A DNA stretch of 63,449 nucleotides from Ministeria vibrans ATCC 50519 (taxonomy: Eukaryota; Protista; Filasterea): positions 62,001 through 125,449 of the forward strand of contig CALSCP010000883.1 of NCBI GenBank assembly GCA_943704425.1. Direction: 5' to 3'. The notes under the pieces are model-generated. The model was not told the origin of the DNA and made no database searches. It saw nothing but the letters and a program-made list of their open reading frames with translations. This document shows, piece by piece, positions 54,683-63,449 of the stretch. Positions within the stretch are counted from its first letter, which is position 1. Each line of letters opens with the position of its first letter. The translations under genes were made by a program, and so were the position numbers.

Positions 54683-57600
54683 CTACATCTTCTTGATCGC
54701 ATCGATGATCCACGAATCATCTCGCTTGCGCAGCGTGGGTGCCGGCGGCATCTCCTTCTGCCGCTCATGCAACGCCACGCGCGCCATCATCTGCGTCAAC
54801 GACTCGCCCTCACGCGCACTCGCTGCTTCCTCCTCGCTGCTATGCGGTGGCCACACGCGATTCACCACGCGAGGACTCTCTCCAAGGAGCACATACAGTG
54901 CCTCTTGAAGATCCTCCGCCAATGCAAACAGTCCAAACACTAGTACAAGAATATACAAAAATGATCAACCAACCCCCACTCATTTGAAGAACACATCACT
55001 TACTGCAAAGAGACTCACAGAGCTCACGAACACTCTCACGACTCGAATCAGCATGTACGAGAATGTCCGAAATGGCGTGCATCAGGGCCTCCTCCTCAAA
55101 CAGCCCACCGCGACGCAGCGACCGCTTCTTCATAAGCAGCTTCTTCCGGTTTCGCGACGACTTGGACGAGAGCACACTCGAGAGTGAGGTGGATCGTCGA
55201 CTCGCCGTCGACCCCAACACACTGCTTCCCGTCTCACTAAACAAATCAGCATCATCACCCGCTCCCTCTTCTGCTCCACCCGCCTCGCCCACTCCTCCCC
55301 CTCCTCCCAGCGCTTCACGTCGCTTCTCCTCACGCACTTCGAATAGCCGGGTGACATGCTGACGCAACTGCGTCGTGTTCTCACGTAGCACTTCCAAACG
55401 GTGTTCGGCCTCCGCTTGTGCCAGCGGACGTCCGTCCGTCTCCATCACATCCCACCGTCGTGCGGTACCAGCGACACGTGTCGCCTCACGCCACATGTTG
55501 CACTTGAACAGCGACAACAGTGCCTGCTCAACGTCGTCCGCGTGCTCACGGTACACCACTGCCGCCTCTGCAAAGCGTCCCGCCTCAAACAACTCACGTG
55601 CCACTGCGGGTCCCAACTGCTCGCGCACCGCTGCCGTAGTCAACCCCGAGTCCTTGTGCGTCGCCAGCGCAAACAGACGCTGCCACTGAAGCGCCGCCTG
55701 ATAGGACGCAATCGCCTCGGAAATCGCACCACACCGCTCGTACAGTAGCGCTGCGTCGGCCTGGTCACCGCGCTCCTCGGTTGCCTGTGCATACGCAAGC
55801 AACACAGCATGATGCAATGTGGGATGTGCGGTCGCCGAGACAAGACGCAACGCCTGACGATGCAGCGAGTGCTGTCGCGCAAACCCAAGGAGTTTTTTTG
55901 TCTGCACTCCTTCGTCGTCGTCGCTGCTGCCCTTGGCCAGCTCGACAAGATGCACCAGCGCCCGTTCGTGTCGTCCCAAATGACAGTCAATCGCAAAGCG
56001 TCGCTCCATCTCGGGCAGCGCCTGAAGTTCCTGTAAGAAAGGAATGTACTCGCGCGGGTCCTTTTTACTGCGCTCCGCCACCATCAGCACCAGCTCAAAG
56101 TCATACAGACCCAGCGCATAGTCAAACAACTTGTCGACGGGCACCAGAAAGCACGCGTGGCCCAGCATCGAGTCGGCGCCCGTCAAGTCACCACCGAGAC
56201 GATGGTCGCGAATCATGTTGAGCACCGTCTCCAGCTCGGGGGTGCTCTTTCGTGCCAACGACGTGATCACCACCAGACGCAGTCGCTCGCGATCAGCCTC
56301 GCTGCACGCTCCACATGCCACACGCACCGCATCACACACACGATCCGTCTTACCCTCAGCCGCGGCAGGAGCAGCAGAGACACCACCGGTCACTGACTCA
56401 AGAGCGTAGCCGGGATACGTCGTGACCGTGACATCTTCGTCACGTAGTGCAGCCAAGAGTAGCAACAAGTGATGGTGCTGTTCAATTTCAACATTCTCCT
56501 GTGCGCGCAAAAACTGCTCGAGCACATTGCCAACGTGTGCAAAGAAGCGCGCGGGGCTGCGATCAATGCACAGGTTCATGTCGATGCGATGGAGTCGCAT
56601 GTCCTCGAGCGCACCAATGTAGTCACCCGCGTCAAGCAAATCACAGATGCGCTCGAGCACGAGCACACGCGGATGGACCACTTCGAGGTTGCCGCGTGGC
56701 ATCTGCAGGACCACTCGTGTGTCGGCTGTCACCGACACGACAATGCGCGAGCCACGCTCGATGTTACGCTCAAAGGGAGGTGCACTCGACGTGGTGGTGC
56801 GGTGCGACCAAGGAAGTGCGTGCAGGACGTGTGCCGACGTGGTGTACAGCAAGTGTGACGAGTGCGCCGACATGGAGGTACACGCTCGACTGATCTCGCG
56901 CTCATCGTAGCACAAGTGCCCATGGGCGCTTAGTGTCACCACAGCAAGGGGCAGCTCGGGCGGTGTGGGAGCCACAGCAAGGTAGAGGGGCGGATAGGCA
57001 AGCTCAAACAACGTTGTGATAGTACCCTGGCGCAAATCCACACTGACTACACTGCTGCTCGTGGCCAGACCCACGACAAGGGTGTGGGCACCGTGAGAGC
57101 ACGCGGAAATGGCTCGCTGAGGCAGCGCCACTGTTGTTGGTGGCTCCTTCGCAGCGGACGAGATGGGCACAACGCAAATGCGGTCGTGCGTGGTGTCGTC
57201 GTCGTCTCTGCAAATGTACGCAAGCGCTCCAGCGCTGGTCCAGCAAAGGAGACGTGCCGACGCATCGAGGCCGCTTGCAAGTGTGTGGACGTTGCCGTCG
57301 GGTGAAAAGTGCACCAGCTCGCCCGAGACAAGCAGAGCGGCAACGCCTGTGTCAGCGAGTGCACAAGGCACACTTGAGGAATCGGCAAAGGCAACGCAAC
57401 GACAGGGCGATGCAAAAGGGAGTTCTTCGGCACACAGAGGTGGAGGAATGCACGCTTGACGGAAATGGGACAGTTTCACTGTGGCGCCGTCAATGACAGC
57501 GACCGTCGAGGCACTCGCTTCCTTGGCCCAACCATGACTCGCGTCCACAGCCCATGCATAGTGAAAGGTGTGCATTACTTCATGGCCATCGCCACGTGCC

Positions 57601-58777
57601 GACGGGTCTGCGCCCACCGTGTACAGCACACCAGCGTTCTCGTCGTCCCAGTGCCACCACAACGGATGCTGCGCTACACTACCAAGACCCAATGACAACT
57701 GCTGCCTCAAGTGCCACTGGTAATTGCTGGCGCTCCAGAGCTGCACTACGTCGTTGCCCAGAGCAACGGCAAGCACGGACGAGTCGCAATTCCACGCGAG
57801 TTCTGTCACACGCTGTGCCTCGTCGACCGGCTGCCGCAGCGTGAACTCGCCGTGACGCAGTCCGTTGCGTTCGTAAAACACAATATCGTGTCGATGAGGA
57901 CGACGCTGTGACGATGCAATGAGACCGCCGTCGGGACGCCATGCGAGGGCACCCTCGACACCCGCCACATGCTCCATCGTAGAGTGCAGTGTACCGTCGC
58001 GGGTCCACACGCGCAACTGACGACCTTGGTCGGTCGACACCAGTTGACTCGTGACAAAGTAGGCACCGTCACCACGCCAGGCCACACGCGAACGACCATC
58101 GTCAAGTTCGCTGGTATTCGCTTCGCCTGGTCGTGTGGCAGGCGCGTGGGCAGCCGCCTTGCCCGCCGAGCCATGAAACTGCGTCTGCTTGCTTCCCCAG
58201 CCCACGGTGACGGGTGCCGCGGCGCCAAAGCCTTCCTGCGCCAGCGACTGCTCCACCAACAGATCGTACTCTTTGGTCATGACCATGAGCGTGTTGGCGC
58301 CCGTCAGCAGCACAAACAGCTCCTGATCGGCGCTCCAACTCATCGCGACAATGCCAGTCTCCACAGCCCCAACCGACTCTGTCAGCGCTGCGCTGTACTC
58401 GATGAGTTCGCCGTTGTCCAGCGCCACGCACAGCGTGTCCGTCTCGGCAAGGAACTGTACGCCAACGACCGACACGACACGTCCATCGGAACGTGTCGTG
58501 TCAAAGACTGAAGTCTGAAAGTTACCAAAAAAAAAAAAAAAAAAAAAAAAATCAAAGCATGAGAAATCAAATTGGACTGAGTATCAGCTCACTGTACCTC
58601 TGTTGCGGTCGACTGATCGCCAACAACAACAGCTGACTCTGTGGTGCACACATAGAAGGCGGGTGGGACGTCTGCGTCGCTGGTGTACGGCGAGCGAGGC
58701 ACAACAACAACGTTGTCGGCGCCTGGAGGGACATCGAATGCCCGCGACCGCGCCAGAGATAGTCTCAGGTTGCGCAT
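54683..58777 (-). CDS. ELP1: Elongator complex protein 1 (IKI3/IKAP)
   Basis: Starts MRNL. VGWGSKQTQFHGSAGK, WRGDGAYFV, VFYERNGLRHGEF, ERNIERGSRIV, VLQMPRGNLE..PR, MRLHRIDMN, KDPREYIPFL, basic C-terminal SRNRKK. Confidence 0.96.
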
Positions 58778-58877
58778 GTAGTAGTACGAGCGTGTCGAAC
58801 GAAGAGAAAAAATGATCAAAATTCAATTATTTACAGTTCCAACTAATCTTATCTACTTTCTTTCGTGTACAATTCGC

Positions 58878-59819
58878 ATGCTCGGTTCAATCCTGGTGGT
58901 GTCCGGCAGCTGCGCCGCATTCTGCTGGCTTGTGAAGCAGTCTCAATTTCAACGGCTGCAGCAAATGCGATCGGCTGAAGTGTTGCGTGCACCGACTTCT
59001 TCCGACTCTGACTATGCGGTCATTTCGGGCTGTGTCGTCCCGCTAGAGACACCCGACACTTTGAATGGCCATGAGGTGGTCACGGCTCGACACAAGGTGT
59101 TCGAACACGCCTCGGTGTATTCGCAGTCGCGCCGGCGCTGGGAGGACCAGCGCAACGAGATTTCGCGCAACGACGCTCGCATTCCGTACGCCGTCCAAGA
59201 ACGCGACTCGGGGCATCAATACCGCGTCACCGAGGCGAGTCGAGCTGAAGAACCCTCTCTTGATGTGATCCACGCCGAAATTGAGCCCTCGTCGGCGCTG
59301 GCGCACGTTGCAGGCGCCGTGACGGGCCACCAGACCAAATTCCTCGAGCGCGTCACGGAAATCCTTCCTGTCGGGTGCATGCTCACGGTAGCGGGTGCAA
59401 TACGCGATGGCAACACCATAGGACCGTCGGCCGTGGGCCCTTACATCATTTCACGCGAAACATGGCCGGCTCTGCTGGCGGCACAGCACGGCACAGTCGA
59501 GGGTTGGTCGACCGCCGTCTCCCTCTTCACGCTCACCACTCTTCTTCTCGCCGCACTCTACATCTACCGCAAACGACGCCCCTCGCCCCCAAGCAGACCC
59601 CCTCACAGATCTCCCTCATCATTCCCACCCGACATTCCCATCACGGCCAACGATGACGCCTCGCACACCTGCTCCGTCTGCATGGAACATCGCATTGCCG
59701 TCCTCTTCAGTCCCTGTGGCCATGTCTGCTGCTGCGCCTCGTGTGCCCACCGTTGTTCCCTTTGTCCCATCTGTCGTGCGCCCGTTGAGTCTCTTCAACG
59801 AGCCTTTCTTGCCTCATAA
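58878..59819 (+). CDS. GIDE-domain RING E3 ligase (MUL1/MAPL/SP1-like)
   Basis: N-terminal TM, GIDE-like YAVISG..TEILPVGCMLTVAG..PYIIS, second TM, C3HC4 RING CSVC..FSPCGHVCCC..CPICR. Confidence 0.88.
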   Translation: MLGSILVVSGSCAAFCWLVKQSQFQRLQQMRSAEVLRAPTSSDSDYAVISGCVVPLETPDTLNGHEVVTARHKVFEHASVYSQSRRRWEDQRNEISRNDARIPYAVQERDSGHQYRVTEASRAEEPSLDVIHAEIEPSSALAHVAGAVTGHQTKFLERVTEILPVGCMLTVAGAIRDGNTIGPSAVGPYIISRETWPALLAAQHGTVEGWSTAVSLFTLTTLLLAALYIYRKRRPSPPSRPPHRSPSSFPPDIPITANDDASHTCSVCMEHRIAVLFSPCGHVCCCASCAHRCSLCPICRAPVESLQRAFLAS

Positions 59820-59856
59820 TGTAACTTTTGTGTGTGTTTATAATAGCAATAAGTTC

Positions 59857-61388
<1,532 letters not shown>

Positions 61389-61731
61389 TCTGTCGAGTGT
61401 GGCCTAGATTAATAATTTAATATGAAGTTTGGTCTGTTTGGAGTGTAGTTTGATTGGAGTTTGATTACAAGTGATAAATGAGTCAGATCACTGAGATCGG
61501 GCTTAAAAGTGTTACGACTTTAGACTCACTCAAGTCTTCATATGACTTAGGACTTACTCACCGACTTAGGAGTGATGGGTCAATAAGGTCATGTGTTATG
61601 AGTGACTTACGACCCTATGTCTACGTAATTTAAAATTTTAAATTTGATCTTTCACACTTTTCACCCACTACGATAAACACTCGACTCAAGAAAACTCATC
61701 CCCGATCGAATTTGATTCAGAGCGTCCTGAG

Positions 61732-63278
61732 ATGTCCCAACAAGAAGGTCAGACAAAATTGCTGTCATTGGTCGTAACCAATGGCAACGCGCAGATCCTG
61801 CCAGATACACGCTCTCGCTCCCCGACTTCCCTTGCACCACACACTAATAGAGCAAATTTTCTTCGTAGGCACATCTGAGCCGCCTGGAAAAGCCACACAA
61901 GGTAACTTTTTTAAAAAATATAATTATATAATATAACATAGTTCCAACGTAAACGGAGCACAACGTGTTCTTCCCTGCCCCATTTTGCACGCTCTTTTGC
62001 CTCAACCTGTCCCTTATACCGTTCCCATCCTACGCACCTGTCTCGATTCTTAATTTTTTGTCAATCAATGTCACCCACTTTTAACTGCCTCGAACAACTC
62101 TCTCTCAGGCGTCGACAATGCTGGCCCCACAGCTGTGTTAGGCGCCAACAAGACGTCCGCTCGACTCTCGGGACATGTGTCCCGCATCAACCGCAACAGT
62201 TCTCTGGCTTCGCGACGCAGCCATCACCAGCAGACTTTGGTTGGCATGGAGGCCATCAAAGAAATTCAAAAGGAAGCCGCTGCAGCGCGCGAGGCCAAAC
62301 GAGCCCAGCTCGACACCCGCCATCGGTGGCTCATCGAACAAGTAAGTGACACTTTGACTCGTCAAAGTGGCACCCATTAACCCCTTCAATGATCATTAGG
62401 TCGCCAAAAATCTCCACCTTGAGCAAAGCACTGCCGAAGACATGATCCTCGACTCGGAACTGGGTTGTTTTGACCAGTTTTTCAAGATCAATGGCACTCG
62501 CAAGCTCCTTTTCTACTACCAAGAAGCACTGGTATAAAAATAATCCCCTTGCCAATGCCATTAGTATTCTTGAATATTATTATTATTATTTCTTTAATAA
62601 TGTTTTCTTTGTGCAGGAGCCAGCTCATGCACCAAGCACACCCGGCACGAACACCGCTCACCCTCCTGCTGTCCCAACAATAACCACTTCAACTGCACCT
62701 CCGCCTCCGCGTCGTCTCTTCCTCACCTCCGGCGCAGACCAGCCCCTCACAGGCCAATGTGTCTACTTTGTGCGTGTCTCTGTCTCAAAAGAAATCAGTC
62801 CTGAAAACATGGCTCAAGAGGTCAGTCGCACACCATCGTTTCCAACCACTTACTGACCTTGCTGCAACAAACACTGTACACACAGATCAACTTTGGCTTG
62901 ATAGATGCAGAGAAGGACAGCATTCTGAGTGCGCTCGAGACCTTACTGACACACGTACTCGTCCCGTCTCTCAAGTCCTCTGTTGATTATGGCCAGCTTA
63001 CAGACGACCGTCTTGCGCTCAACGCATTTCTCGAGTCCCTTGACAAGTTTGTCGAAGGTAAATAGAGCACACAAGCAACACACAACAGACTCACAATTGC
63101 TAATTTTTACTCACACACACACTCTCTCTCTCTCTCTTTCACTTTGTGTCTTTCTCTCTGCCTTCTCTCTCTCTCTCTATCACTTTGTGTCTTTCTCTCT
63201 GTCTTCTCTCTCTCTATATATCACTTTGTGTCTTTCTCCCTCCCTCCCTCTCTCTCTCTCTCTCTCTCTATCACTTTG

Positions 63279-63325
<47 letters not shown>

Positions 63326-63384
63326 CTTTGTGTCTTTCTCTCTGTCTTCTCTCTCTCTATATATCACTTTGTGTCTTTCTCCCT

Positions 63385-63426
<42 letters not shown>

Positions 63427-63449
63427 CTTTGTGTCTTTCTCTCTCTCTC
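61732..63449 (+). CDS. Axonemal outer-arm dynein heavy chain, DNAH5/DNAH8 (gamma) type, 5' part only
   Basis: EAKRAQLDTRH, EDMILD, LLFYYQE, LTGQCVYFVR...KEISPENM.QEINFG, VLVPSL...YGQL...FLESLDKFV match the N-terminal tail of DNAH5/8. Last visible exon ends ~63057; the gene runs off the window. Confidence 0.85.
63120..63449. repeat. Minisatellite of TATCACTTTGTGTCTTTCTC units interleaved with (CT)n in a dynein intron
   Basis: About 7 copies of TCACTTTGTGTCTTTCTC separated by variable CT runs. Confidence 0.92.

Noticed and set aside
63120-63449. Repeat-spacer-like pattern suggesting a CRISPR array
   Set aside because: The spacers are simple CT runs inside a eukaryotic intron and there are no cas genes.

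Overview
Gene-dense, intron-rich eukaryotic nuclear DNA from a flagellated protist: GC-rich exons, AT-rich GT-AG introns full of (CT)n, (CA)n and (AAT)n microsatellites, standard genetic code. About 21 protein-coding genes were reconstructed by eye: UVRAG, an FG-GAP/TSP1/Vps62-repeat secreted protein, a ~5,650-aa vitellogenin-N/AMOP/lysozyme-like/FN3/lectin membrane protein, PhoD, a sulfite-oxidase-family/rhodanese fusion, TM9SF, ABHD18, a PH-domain protein, a membrane-anchored double cystatin, an FN3+SMI1/KNR4 protein, TMEM33-like, DUF3128-like, chitin deacetylase, ALG8, ELP1, MUL1-like, TSPAN13/31-like, the start of a DNAH5/8-type axonemal dynein, and several hypotheticals. The standout is at 41519-41648: a circularly permuted tRNA-Arg(ACG) gene (3' half encoded before the 5' half, junction at 37/38). 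Its T-loop is further broken by two bulge-helix-bulge introns (55/56 and 59/60) around a 4-nt exon, and a decayed copy of the 5' half lies just upstream. Second is an apparently catalytically dead phage-type (GH24) lysozyme domain inside the giant surface protein. All homology calls come from recalled motifs, not database searches, and exon boundaries are manual.
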